This document shows positions 1 to 8,364 of a DNA stretch of 25,136 nucleotides, in pieces (position 1 is the first letter of the stretch; every line of letters starts with the position of its first letter). The DNA lies in the IMG/VR virus record IMGVR_UViG_3300037843_000168, positions 1-25,136 of that record. The stretch is one strand, 5' to 3'. Origin of the DNA: a virus. Its lineage: Duplodnaviria > Caudoviricetes. A program made the position numbers and the translations under genes. The notes beneath the pieces were generated by a model that saw only the letters and a list, made by a program, of their open reading frames with translations, had not been told where the DNA came from and searched no databases.

Positions 1-2
1 AA

Positions 3-896
3 TCGCTCAACGCGGAAGACGACGCCATCCGCAATCGGGACTTGCTCGGCTCGTGGGAATCGCTGGAAGGCGCTTACTTCGGGCGCGTGTTCGACCGGCG
101 CGCAATGCTGGTGACGGCTCACCAGGTAGGTAAACTGCTGAACTACTGGGACACGCGCTGGATGAGCACGGATTGGGGGAAGGCGCACTTTTGCGTATCG
201 TACTGGCACGCAAAGGCGAACGTTTCTCCGGCTGCGGTGCGCGATGTTCTTGGCTGGGATGTTGAGGAGCCGCTGAGCATTGTGGTTACCTACCGCGAGT
301 GCGTTGTAAACGAGATGGCGTCTCCCGATGTTGCGGCCCGGTTGGTGGGGGTGACCCCCGAGAAAGAGCGCTCGGCACTCAAGCGGTACTTTTTGTCGCC
401 CGACGCGTTTGGCGAACGCGATTCCAGCATTACAACCGCGGCATCGCTCGGCAAGGTTCTGCGCGAAGCCAAAATGCCGCAGCCTGAGCGCGCGGACACA
501 GACCGGGCCGGCGGCGCGCGCCTGATGTACGACCTGATGACGGAGAGCAAACGGCACGGTAGTGGCGGTGGAGACGTTTGGTTGATTTCGGCAGAATGCC
601 CGCAATTGCTTGCCGCGATTCCGGTAATGATGCGAGACCAAAAGAATCTGGATGACGTGCTGAAGACGGATAAGAGTTCGGCACGAATTGAGCAGGACTG
701 TTTTGAGAGCGCGCGGTACGGGCTGAAATCCATGCTCTCGGCTACCAATAGCGTTCCGGCGCAGGAGCAGGCTCGTAGAATTCTTGACGAATACGCCGGC
801 GACCGCACCACTCAGGCGATACGGATGCAGGAGTGGGAATTGAAGCGCAGGAAAGTGATCACGAGGCGTGCCAGATGGCGTGCCCAATCGTACTGA
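3..896 (+). CDS. terL: Terminase large subunit, C-terminal nuclease domain (5' truncated)
   Basis: Frame is open from nt 3 (SLNAEDDAIRNRDLLGSW..GAYF). TerL-like motifs: LLGSW..G.YF linker, STDWG (first catalytic Asp), YRE, SPDAF, CPQL...IP...RD.KN.DDV, QDCFESARYG (DHxxDAxRY-like). Lies upstream of the portal. Confidence 0.88.
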   Translation, partial: SLNAEDDAIRNRDLLGSWESLEGAYFGRVFDRRAMLVTAHQVGKLLNYWDTRWMSTDWGKAHFCVSYWHAKANVSPAAVRDVLGWDVEEPLSIVVTYRECVVNEMASPDVAARLVGVTPEKERSALKRYFLSPDAFGERDSSITTAASLGKVLREAKMPQPERADTDRAGGARLMYDLMTESKRHGSGGGDVWLISAECPQLLAAIPVMMRDQKNLDDVLKTDKSSARIEQDCFESARYGLKSMLSATNSVPAQEQARRILDEYAGDRTTQAIRMQEWELKRRKVITRRARWRAQSY

Positions 897-925
897 TTGC
901 GAATTTCCCTTTCCGGATGTATGAT
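897..925 (+). promoter_or_regulatory. Putative sigma70-type promoter, probably giving a leaderless transcript
   Basis: TTGCGA (897-902), 17 nt spacer, TATGAT (920-925). ATG at 934 with no Shine-Dalgarno. Confidence 0.55.
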
Positions 926-933
926 TTGTGTGA

Positions 934-1257
934 ATGGAGACGCTTTTTGTGAAGCGCTTTCGACTTTGGCTTGCGCGGTGGCTATTTAGCGGAATCTTTC
1001 CGGATCCGGCGTCGTTTGAGCCGCTGGGGCTGGATTGGCAGCGCCAGTTGTCGGAATGGAAGAACGAGACCAATGGCGCACTGGGAGAATGCGGGTCCAA
1101 GATCGCGGAATTGGAAAAGGAAGTTTCCGAGATCAAAGAGAGTCTAAAACGTAGGGATCTCGCGCCTCGCGTGCGCCGAAAGGGATCTTTCACACAGTTT
1201 CGCGAAGCGGTACAATCCGGATTAGCGAGTACCGGAACGGAAGGAGAACAACGATGA
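934..1257 (+). CDS. Hypothetical protein with amphipathic N-terminus and coiled coil
   Basis: 107 aa. FRLWLARWLFSGIF followed by heptads KIAELEKEVSEIKESLK. Stop overlaps the next ATG (ATGA). Confidence 0.7.
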   Translation: METLFVKRFRLWLARWLFSGIFPDPASFEPLGLDWQRQLSEWKNETNGALGECGSKIAELEKEVSEIKESLKRRDLAPRVRRKGSFTQFREAVQSGLASTGTEGEQR

Positions 1258-1424
1258 CGGCTTGCAACGAATTTATCCCTGGGAGAAACCTCGCTTTCGG
1301 CGTTTGCGAGCGCTGTGGCGAACAACGACATCTGCACAGGCCAGCCCAATCACCCGCGCCACCTGAAGTTGCGCAACCGAAACCCGGTCCGGGTGAGCCT
1401 GTGGAACCCCCGAAGGAGGCCTGA
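1254..1424 (+). CDS. Small Cys/His (putative Zn-binding), Pro-rich protein, 56 aa; not in the ORF track
   Basis: Manual translation: MTACNEFIPGRNLAFGVCERCGEQRHLHRPAQSPAPPEVAQPKPGPGEPVEPPKEA*. SD AAGGAG at 1241-1246, ATGA coupling, and it exactly fills the gap to the next gene. Confidence 0.7.
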   Translation: MTACNEFIPGRNLAFGVCERCGEQRHLHRPAQSPAPPEVAQPKPGPGEPVEPPKEA

Positions 1425-1427
1425 TAA

Positions 1428-1895
1428 ATGCCGACCGATTCCAAGGGCAAATTCCACCCAAATCACCAACTGGCGCATGCTGCGGATCGTATGCCGATGC
1501 CGGATCGTCCGAAGCCGCCAGCGATCGGCAAAGCTGTCGGGGACGCCAGTGTGTCCCACACGACGCTGCACGACCACGGCGACGGAACCTTTCACCTGGA
1601 GCACGAGGACGGGTCTAGTACCGAAAGCCCGCATATCGGCCACGCCTTAATGTCGATGGCGTCCAAGCACTCTGACGGAATGCACATGCATGTCCACCAG
1701 CATCCGACCGAAGGGCTGAAAACGCATCATGTCGGCGATGATGGACAAGTACAGGGGCCGCACGACCACGCGAATATCGAAGCGCTGAAAGATCACCTTG
1801 GAAAGTTCTTCAACGAGGAAGAGCACGAGGGCGGCGGTTACGGTGGCGGCGAAGGATACGGATCGTCTGCCGAAGATGATGGGATGGGGATTTGA
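1428..1895 (+). CDS. Histidine-rich hypothetical protein
   Basis: 155 aa with 21 His. Strong SD AAGGAGG. Acidic/Gly-rich tail. Confidence 0.8.
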   Translation: MPTDSKGKFHPNHQLAHAADRMPMPDRPKPPAIGKAVGDASVSHTTLHDHGDGTFHLEHEDGSSTESPHIGHALMSMASKHSDGMHMHVHQHPTEGLKTHHVGDDGQVQGPHDHANIEALKDHLGKFFNEEEHEGGGYGGGEGYGSSAEDDGMGI

Positions 1896-1927
1896 GCCGG
1901 CCTAACGCCGGGAAGGAAGACACAAAC

Positions 1928-3508
1928 GTGAAAACAAGAATTTTGCTGGTGGCTATACTGGCGGCGCTTCCGTTACTCGCTCAGAATCGTACTAGTTTCG
2001 CTGGCGAATACAATGCGATGGACTACGCCTATGGCGTGATTCCTAACGTTGGGCCGTTGCGCGTCAACGTCGGGTTCAACGTTCCGTCATCGCCAACTTC
2101 GCTAACGCTCACTTTGGCATACGGAAACATTGCACTGGGAGACGGCACTACCGTCATGCCGCTGAGCGTAAATGCGCCGATCACCGTTGGCGTCGGCTCG
2201 AATGCCGAAACGGTAACGCCCTCCGGGGTAAGTTGCGGAACGCCAGCAATTTATTCCACGTGTCAGGTTACTGCGACGTTTTCAAAAGGGCACGGGACAG
2301 GCGACATTGTAGCTAGCGGCTCGTACGGATTGCAGGAAGCGATCAATGCAGCCTCAATGGGAGGGTTGGTTGCGGTGAGTTCGAAGTGGACGCAAATTGG
2401 CGGAACGAACGCGATAATTTCGTCGGCAGTTCCTCTGGCGGGAGTGGTCATCGAGGACAACCGTTCAGGCCCCTCTCAATGTTGGAGCGTTCAGCCGACG
2501 ACTCTGACCACTATTTCTGCGCCTACAACTTTGACGAATTCGACCGTGACGTTCACGGCTTCTCCGACCGGGACATGGCAGACTTCAGCGTATTATTTCT
2601 GCATCACGTATGTAGATATGCTTGGAGGGGAAAGCGCTTGCTCTGCGAGCTATACGCAGACCTCCGGGACGGCGAACTATACGCTCAACATCACGTCTCC
2701 AGCAACGAGCACGGGAGCTGTCGGGTGGCGAGCTTACGGTGGCGTGACTTCGACGGCCCTCGCGTATCTTCTGCCGATATCGGCTACGAACTGCACGCTG
2801 ACCACGCTGGAAAGTGTGATGCCGGCATGCGCCATCGGCTCGAATGGCCAATGGCCGTTGATCTATGTGACCACTACCGCGCTAAGCCCACTGGCGTTGG
2901 GAGTGACGAACCAGAACAATCCGGTACCGCAGAGCCATACCACATTTGCATACCAGCCTACCGGCTCGCTTCCGACGACGTTACAGCAGAATTACGGACC
3001 GTTCGCCAGCGGCGCGGTGGCGAGCGCCACGGCAACCGATGTGACTGTGCTCGGCACCGTGGAACTTCCGACCGGCTACCTAAACCAGATCGGTCGCACG
3101 GTTCGATTAACAGGCAAGATTGTCGGTGGAGTAACCACCACAGGGACGCTGGAGATTATCGTGGGAACCTCATGGCCTGGAGGGGCGACTGCGGGATTGC
3201 CGAAGACGCTATGCGATATCGTCAATACCGGAGCGACGTTCACCACCGCTACCGTAGCGATTCCGTTCAGTTGTACTCTGACCACGAATGCGGTAGGTGC
3301 GACTGCGGTTGGAAGCCTCCAGGCTGACGGGTGGGCTACAGCCGGTGCGGCTGGAGTACTTGGTGTGGCGTGGACCGACAATTCGCAGTCCGCAGTTGGA
3401 TCGGTAGGGCTGTTCTCGCAGAACGAAGTATCCGTATTCGTAAAGCCCGCTACCGAAGCGTTCACTGCGGCTCAATTGATGGATCTGCACGTAGAGACCG
3501 TCCAGTAG
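1928..3508 (+). CDS. Signal-peptide-bearing, Thr/Gly/Ala-rich beta protein (putative spike/head appendage or exported protein)
   Basis: Start moved to GTG 1928 (SD GGAAGGA): MKTRILLVAILAALPLLA|QNRT. Has GLQEAINAA..GG.V (tailspike cap-like), an Ig/FN3-like motif (YYFCITYVDMLGGESACS...GAVGWRAY) and 9 Cys. Confidence 0.8.
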   Translation: MKTRILLVAILAALPLLAQNRTSFAGEYNAMDYAYGVIPNVGPLRVNVGFNVPSSPTSLTLTLAYGNIALGDGTTVMPLSVNAPITVGVGSNAETVTPSGVSCGTPAIYSTCQVTATFSKGHGTGDIVASGSYGLQEAINAASMGGLVAVSSKWTQIGGTNAIISSAVPLAGVVIEDNRSGPSQCWSVQPTTLTTISAPTTLTNSTVTFTASPTGTWQTSAYYFCITYVDMLGGESACSASYTQTSGTANYTLNITSPATSTGAVGWRAYGGVTSTALAYLLPISATNCTLTTLESVMPACAIGSNGQWPLIYVTTTALSPLALGVTNQNNPVPQSHTTFAYQPTGSLPTTLQQNYGPFASGAVASATATDVTVLGTVELPTGYLNQIGRTVRLTGKIVGGVTTTGTLEIIVGTSWPGGATAGLPKTLCDIVNTGATFTTATVAIPFSCTLTTNAVGATAVGSLQADGWATAGAAGVLGVAWTDNSQSAVGSVGLFSQNEVSVFVKPATEAFTAAQLMDLHVETVQ

Positions 3509-3521
3509 GAGAACAGACAAG

Positions 3522-3710
3522 GTGCCCTGGGCGTCCAAACGGCAGGCAAGATGGGGCCATTCAGAGGCCGGCAAGAAAGCGCTGGGTGGCCCTGCTGCCG
3601 TAGCCGAGTGGGACGCATCAACCCCCAAAGGAAGCCTTACCGACAAAGCTCCCGGAGCCATTGGCGCGGCATTCCGGAAGCGGAAAGGTAAAAATAATGG
3701 CAGAGCGTAA
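3522..3710 (+). CDS. Small basic phage protein
   Basis: 62 aa, GTG start with AGGAG upstream. MPWASKRQARW...EWDASTP resembles the MP(F/W)xSxxQxR pattern of small phage proteins. Confidence 0.7.
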   Translation: MPWASKRQARWGHSEAGKKALGGPAAVAEWDASTPKGSLTDKAPGAIGAAFRKRKGKNNGRA

Positions 3711-3873
3711 ATGGATATCCGGAGCGGTAAAACACCCCGGAGCGCTGACGGCGGCGGCAAAGCGGCGCGGCGTTTCGAAACTCCAGGAAGCAGAGAAAGA
3801 GTCGCACTCGTCCAACCCGAATATCCGTGCCAGAGGCGCGCTGGGATTGCGTTTCATCCGCAAAAAGATATGA
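3697..3873 (+). CDS. Small basic phage protein
   Basis: Start moved to ATG 3697 (AAGGT upstream): MAERKWISGAVKHPGAL...RARGALGLRF, 58 aa. The KWIxGAxKHPGAL pattern is seen in phage head-region genes. Confidence 0.7.
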   Translation: MAERKWISGAVKHPGALTAAAKRRGVSKLQEAEKESHSSNPNIRARGALGLRFIRKKI

Positions 3874-4184
3874 CAGACGCCGAACAGTTCGAGATCATCA
3901 GGCAACGGAGCACGCAACAAATCGCAGAACTTGCGTGCTTGGCTTCCTACGAAATCAGCATGAGTGGGAAAGGCGCAGGTCTGTCTTATCTGCGTCGATT
4001 GGCTGCGCTCGACACTGCATCCCATCCAATAGTGGAACGCGCAAAAAAAGCACTGGAGTTGGCTGATTCTCACGTTATGTTTAAAGACGACAACCACCAC
4101 CGCGCCTTGGAGATCCCCAATTTTATGGAGAAGGATTTTCCTGGAGTTGATTTCCGTAAAATTTATCATCGGACGGATTACTAA
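3870..4184 (+). CDS. Hypothetical protein
   Basis: Start moved to ATG 3870 (ATGA overlap with the upstream stop). 104 aa, helical-looking. Confidence 0.6.
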   Translation: MTDAEQFEIIRQRSTQQIAELACLASYEISMSGKGAGLSYLRRLAALDTASHPIVERAKKALELADSHVMFKDDNHHRALEIPNFMEKDFPGVDFRKIYHRTDY

Positions 4185-4214
4185 TGAAGTCCAGGCGATG
4201 CCCAGGAGCGCTAT

Positions 4215-4451
4215 ATGACCGCCGAAGAGAAGATCAAGAATGTCGAAGCGCAGATCGTTCTGATGGAACGCGGGGAAATCAACGCCGTCGCCTGCCCGTA
4301 TTGCGGAGGGATTGCGCTCCAAGGCAAGGCTATGTGCTGCTCCACGCTTATCAAATGCGTTGAGGCAATTATGGATAAGCAGGAGTCGGAATCTCGCGCG
4401 GAGACGGCCAGCATAATTGCAGGCAAAATGATCCTGTCTGGGTTGAACTGA
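4215..4451 (+). CDS. Small protein with CxxC...CC...C putative Zn site
   Basis: 78 aa. SD AGGAG. CPYCGG...MCCS...C. Ends 2 nt before the portal start. Confidence 0.7.
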   Translation: MTAEEKIKNVEAQIVLMERGEINAVACPYCGGIALQGKAMCCSTLIKCVEAIMDKQESESRAETASIIAGKMILSGLN

Positions 4452-4453
4452 AA

Positions 4454-6817
4454 ATGGCACCAGATGCCGAGCTCGAAAACACAGGAAGCGATGCCACGCA
4501 AGAACATCCAGACGCTTTACCATCCTCGCAGGAGCCACAATCCCCCTTCGGCGAACGAAACGAGAACCTCCCAGAACAGATAGTCCGCTCAATCAAAAAC
4601 GCTGTTCGGGAATTCCAGCAGCAGGAGCAATATGTTCGCCGCCGCGAGGTCATGCGCGACCGCCGCAATCGCTTCTACGAACTTGGTTATCAGCACATCT
4701 ACGAAAATTCCCGCAATGGTTCTTTCGTTCAGGCGCAGGCTGGGCAGTCGGTGAATATCGGCGGTACCGCGCACCAGTGCCCGAACTATATCGACGATTA
4801 CAACATTTTTCAGCCTTATTTGCGGATATTGGAGGCTATCCTCACCCAGAATCCACCCGGCATCGATTTTCGATCGATCAACCCAAATTTAGCTGAGGAC
4901 GTGGAAGCAGCGCAGACGGCGGAAGGATACCGGAAGATCTTCGACCGCGCGAACAAGGTGAAATCCATCCAGACACAAATTGTGCGGATGATGGGGCTAT
5001 CCGGTCGTACGGTAATCTGGACGCGAACCGAGGCCAACGGTCAGAAATTCGGATTCGACTCTACCGGACAGCCGAAGAAAATGGAGACGGCGACGGTACA
5101 TGGCACGCTTGAATCGCGTGTCCCGATCCTTGCTAAGTCCCAGGAAGATGCCCTCTATTGCATCCTGTTCGACGATATCGACGTAAAGCAGGCAAAGGCT
5201 GAATATCCGGAGATCCGCGATAAAATCAAGCCTGCACAGTCGGGAATCGGGGAGTCGGCCTACGAGCGCATGGCCCGTCTCGGAGCACTCCAGGGGACAA
5301 GTTCATTCGCTCAAATGGGCGATGCATTCTCGCACCTGGTCACGCGCGAACATTGCTGGCTCAGACCGGCGTCCTTCGAAGGCGAACAGTGCGACGAAAT
5401 CTATGAGCCCGTCCCAATGGATGACGGGTCTGCTTCGTGGGAACCTGAGCCGGAGCCGGACGGATCTCCAGCCAAGTTGCGTACGGCCATTCAGCAGATA
5501 TTTCCCCTCGGAGTCCACGTCGTTTTTGTTGGAGAAGAGTACGCAGGGTCGTGGGCCGAGTCGATGGACGACGCCATCGTGATTGGATTCCCATATGAAG
5601 GCGACGGCATGTTCCGCCTGTGCCTCATGAATCCCATGATTGTCGTGCAAGATTCATTCAGCGATGACATGAATTCGGCCCGTGAAGTCTGGGATATGGG
5701 CTGGCCTTCCACCTGGGTCAATGCCGAAGACGACGAGTACGACGCCATAGTGGACCAGCGGGCAGATCCGTACGCAATCCGGCAAAAAAAGTTGCCGACC
5801 GGAGCCGCGAAGATGGAGGATCAGTTCTTTCGCGAGCCCAATCCGGAATTGCCAGCCACATTCGTCCAGTTCTTGGAATTGCTGCAAGGTCCATTGCCAC
5901 AATTCATGATTGCTACTCCTCCAGCGCTATTTGGTGATCAGGAATCGGCAAATAAAACAGCCAGTGGGTACGCCCAGGCGCGCGCACAGGCGCTAGGACA
6001 GCAGGGGCTCACCTGGGCGGCCATCCAAGACATGATGGCGCGAATGTACTATCAGGCGGCGCTCTGCGCTAGCAAAAATCCGGACCATTCGGAAGAGATT
6101 GTTGTCCCGTCTGGAAGCGGAGGCACGAATGCGGTCAGGCTGGAGCGGCTTACCAAAGGTAAATTTGGTGCCTATCCGGACGAAGATTCCAGTTTCCCTG
6201 AATCGACTTCTCAAAAGCGTGCAGCTTTCAATGGGATACTCGCGCAGGCTGAACAGGCGCCGGCTATTGGTGCGCAAATCATGTCTAGCCCGGAGAACTG
6301 GAAAACCTATGCGCAACTGAACGGATTTCCAGAACTGCATATCCCTGAAGCTGAGGCAAGGGATAAGCAGGTGTTCGAGATTGAGAAACTCCTTCAAGGC
6401 ACTCCAGTTCCGGATCCGGATGCCGTTAAGATCGCTGAAATCCAGCATGCCGCAGCGACACTGTCAGCGCGGCATGCCGGTCAACCTGAACCACCGCCAT
6501 TCGATCCGCAAGCGATTGCGCAGGCGACAATGCAGCCTTCGGTTCCGGTCCTGCCACTAGATTTTCACGCATGGGAATTCGCCGAATGCAAAGAGTGGTT
6601 ATCGTCTTCCGATTGCCGCCGACAAATTGCAGAAGGCAACCAGCGTGGCGTGGACAACGTGACATTGCATGCGATGGCACACAAGAAACTGGCCGATGCC
6701 GAGGCTGGAACACAGCCGCCTCCAGCGCCACCAATGCGTAGACCTCCAGTTAGGGTGGTGCCTTCGCCTGGAGCGCCTGCCGCACCAGCAGCAATACCGG
6801 TCGAACAGAGTATGTAA
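4454..6817 (+). CDS. Portal protein (P22-like size, with C-terminal extension)
   Basis: 787 aa between terL and scaffold/capsid. N...PY...L...LTQNPP.I.F......EDVEAA clip pattern, ALFG...NKTASG....R.QA tunnel-loop pattern, Pro-rich tail. Confidence 0.82.
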   Translation: MAPDAELENTGSDATQEHPDALPSSQEPQSPFGERNENLPEQIVRSIKNAVREFQQQEQYVRRREVMRDRRNRFYELGYQHIYENSRNGSFVQAQAGQSVNIGGTAHQCPNYIDDYNIFQPYLRILEAILTQNPPGIDFRSINPNLAEDVEAAQTAEGYRKIFDRANKVKSIQTQIVRMMGLSGRTVIWTRTEANGQKFGFDSTGQPKKMETATVHGTLESRVPILAKSQEDALYCILFDDIDVKQAKAEYPEIRDKIKPAQSGIGESAYERMARLGALQGTSSFAQMGDAFSHLVTREHCWLRPASFEGEQCDEIYEPVPMDDGSASWEPEPEPDGSPAKLRTAIQQIFPLGVHVVFVGEEYAGSWAESMDDAIVIGFPYEGDGMFRLCLMNPMIVVQDSFSDDMNSAREVWDMGWPSTWVNAEDDEYDAIVDQRADPYAIRQKKLPTGAAKMEDQFFREPNPELPATFVQFLELLQGPLPQFMIATPPALFGDQESANKTASGYAQARAQALGQQGLTWAAIQDMMARMYYQAALCASKNPDHSEEIVVPSGSGGTNAVRLERLTKGKFGAYPDEDSSFPESTSQKRAAFNGILAQAEQAPAIGAQIMSSPENWKTYAQLNGFPELHIPEAEARDKQVFEIEKLLQGTPVPDPDAVKIAEIQHAAATLSARHAGQPEPPPFDPQAIAQATMQPSVPVLPLDFHAWEFAECKEWLSSSDCRRQIAEGNQRGVDNVTLHAMAHKKLADAEAGTQPPPAPPMRRPPVRVVPSPGAPAAPAAIPVEQSM

Positions 6818-6839
6818 GAATGCGTAGAGGAGCAAGTCT

Positions 6840-8171
6840 ATGGCAGACGTAGCACTGACGATGGATCCAGCAGTAGAATCGGAGCCGATATCGCCCGATT
6901 TTGAAACGCCAGAAAGTACACCAGACGGTCCGGCATCCAGTGATGGATCGACGGAAACTCCATCGGAGCAAGCCGCAGATACGACAGCCTCCGCTGCCGC
7001 CGCTCCGACAAATGAGCCTGCCATAATCGGTAATCGGCTTTCTCCCTCCGCATGGAAGATGATTTCCGAGCTGAAGAAGACAAACCCTCGCCAAGCTGCC
7101 GAAATCAAAGCGGCCCTTTTTGACTCCCACAACTTCCGGCAGATCGCCCCGGGAGGAGTCAAGGAGATCCAGGAACTCCGGACACAACTTGAAGACCTCG
7201 GAGGCGTGCAGGCGATCAAAGATGTCAAAGAGAATCTGGCATTCTTTGAGGACTGGGATTCTAAGTTCTCGGCCGGAGACCCGCAGGCGCTTGAAACGCT
7301 TCTGTCTGAGCCCGCGGGGCAGCAGGGATTCGTAAACCTGATCCCGCAGATCATCGGGAAGTACAAAGAAATCGCTCCGGACCACTACGACGCGTTCGTG
7401 GCCAGGCAGCAGTTGGACGGTATGAATGCCGCGAGGCTTGACTCGACGATCACGCTGATGGACTACCTGCTGACGGAGTTGCAAAAAGACAAGCCGGAAA
7501 TGGCGGAGCGATTTATCCAACAGAGGAACGCTATTGTCAGCTATTACAACTCCGTCTCAGAACGCGCAGGAAAGAAAGTTGATCTGCCGCAGATTTCGAA
7601 GCCGACCGCTCCGGGATCTGACGACCGCGAGCAGAAAATCGCGGAGCGCGAGCGGAATGTCATCCGCACCGAATGGATTTCGGCTGGCAACTCCGAACGC
7701 ATGAAAATCTTCAATTCGGAATGGGCGCGCTTGGTGAAGGACCGGAACCTGTCCCCAGAAAAAGCAGATGCCGTCAAGGAATTGTACGCATCCAGACTGG
7801 CTAAAGCGATGAGCGCGCTGCCGAAGTTCAATGAGCGCGCCCAGGCGTTCTTCTCGGCTAATGATCGCGAAGGATTTCTGCGCCACGCCGTGTCCGCATG
7901 GCGTGAACAAATTCCGAGAGTGCTCCGCGCCAGCATGGACGCGGTGATTTCAGGGAAAGCGGTCCCGAAGGCGACACCACCGGCCAACGGCAATGGTGCG
8001 CTGCCCGATGCCGCTCCCAAGCCCGGTGCTCCGGCGACAGGTTTTACCTGGGTTGGGTCCATGCCAGACAAGAACAAGATCAACTTCGCCAAGACGACTC
8101 CGGCAATGATCCGGGAAGGTAAAGCGATTCTGGACGACGGAAAGCGGGTCCAATGGCGAGGCGGTCTATAG
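6840..8171 (+). CDS. Putative capsid scaffolding protein
   Basis: 443 aa. Acidic disordered N-terminus, long helical body, Pro/Ala linker and short C-terminal domain. Lies between portal and capsid. SD GAGGAG. Confidence 0.7.
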   Translation: MADVALTMDPAVESEPISPDFETPESTPDGPASSDGSTETPSEQAADTTASAAAAPTNEPAIIGNRLSPSAWKMISELKKTNPRQAAEIKAALFDSHNFRQIAPGGVKEIQELRTQLEDLGGVQAIKDVKENLAFFEDWDSKFSAGDPQALETLLSEPAGQQGFVNLIPQIIGKYKEIAPDHYDAFVARQQLDGMNAARLDSTITLMDYLLTELQKDKPEMAERFIQQRNAIVSYYNSVSERAGKKVDLPQISKPTAPGSDDREQKIAERERNVIRTEWISAGNSERMKIFNSEWARLVKDRNLSPEKADAVKELYASRLAKAMSALPKFNERAQAFFSANDREGFLRHAVSAWREQIPRVLRASMDAVISGKAVPKATPPANGNGALPDAAPKPGAPATGFTWVGSMPDKNKINFAKTTPAMIREGKAILDDGKRVQWRGGL

Positions 8172-8175
8172 CCTA

Positions 8176-8205
8176 TTGATTTCTCCCATGGTTTTGCTGT
8201 AACAT
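8176..8205 (+). promoter_or_regulatory. Putative promoter for the capsid gene
   Basis: TTGATT (8176-8181), 18 nt spacer, TAACAT (8200-8205) in an AT-rich patch. Confidence 0.4.
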
Positions 8206-8210
8206 ACAAA

Positions 8211-8340
8211 TGACTAGCGGGCTGGGCAGCGGGAAGCCATAAACCGATAAGCCTAACGGTCGAACATCGGTCGTACACGCAAAGCGGCAGCAGCGGCCCA
8301 TAGCTGGCTCCCACGGGAGTAAAGGGCGCGCGTAGGACAC
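8211..8340 (+). ncRNA. Candidate structured RNA leader upstream of the major capsid gene
   Basis: Manual pairing: 8214-8224 with 8294-8307 (closing stem with bulge), ACCGAT/ATCGGT (8243-8248/8266-8271), CGC-AAA-GCG, CTCC-CACG-GGAG. No family recognised. Confidence 0.35.
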
Positions 8341-8364
8341 CAAAATCAAAATTGAGGTGTGTCT

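Noticed and set aside
1315-1650. 111-aa plus-strand ORF from the track
   Set aside because: Overlaps two better genes (1254-1424 and 1428-1895) that have strong SD sites.
2386-3327. 313-aa alternative-frame ORF inside the exported-protein gene
   Set aside because: Arg/Asp/His-rich composition expected from a shifted reading of Thr/Ala-rich GC-biased codons. No good start context.
3618-4592. Long minus-strand ORFs (this 324-aa one and others, e.g. 6599-7366, 7544-8314, 14840-15652)
   Set aside because: Shadow ORFs opposite well-supported plus-strand genes in GC-rich DNA, with no protein-like motifs.
5783-5795. In-frame A_AAA_AAG slippery heptamer in the portal gene
   Set aside because: No convincing stimulatory hairpin, and the -1 frame soon stops, which would truncate the portal mid-fold. 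Most likely just Gln-Lys-Lys codons.
8211-8340. Resemblance to twister or HDV-like ribozymes (GCCTAAC, GGCTGGGCA)
   Set aside because: Could not build the required pseudoknots or catalytic cores by eye. Kept only as an unclassified structured RNA.
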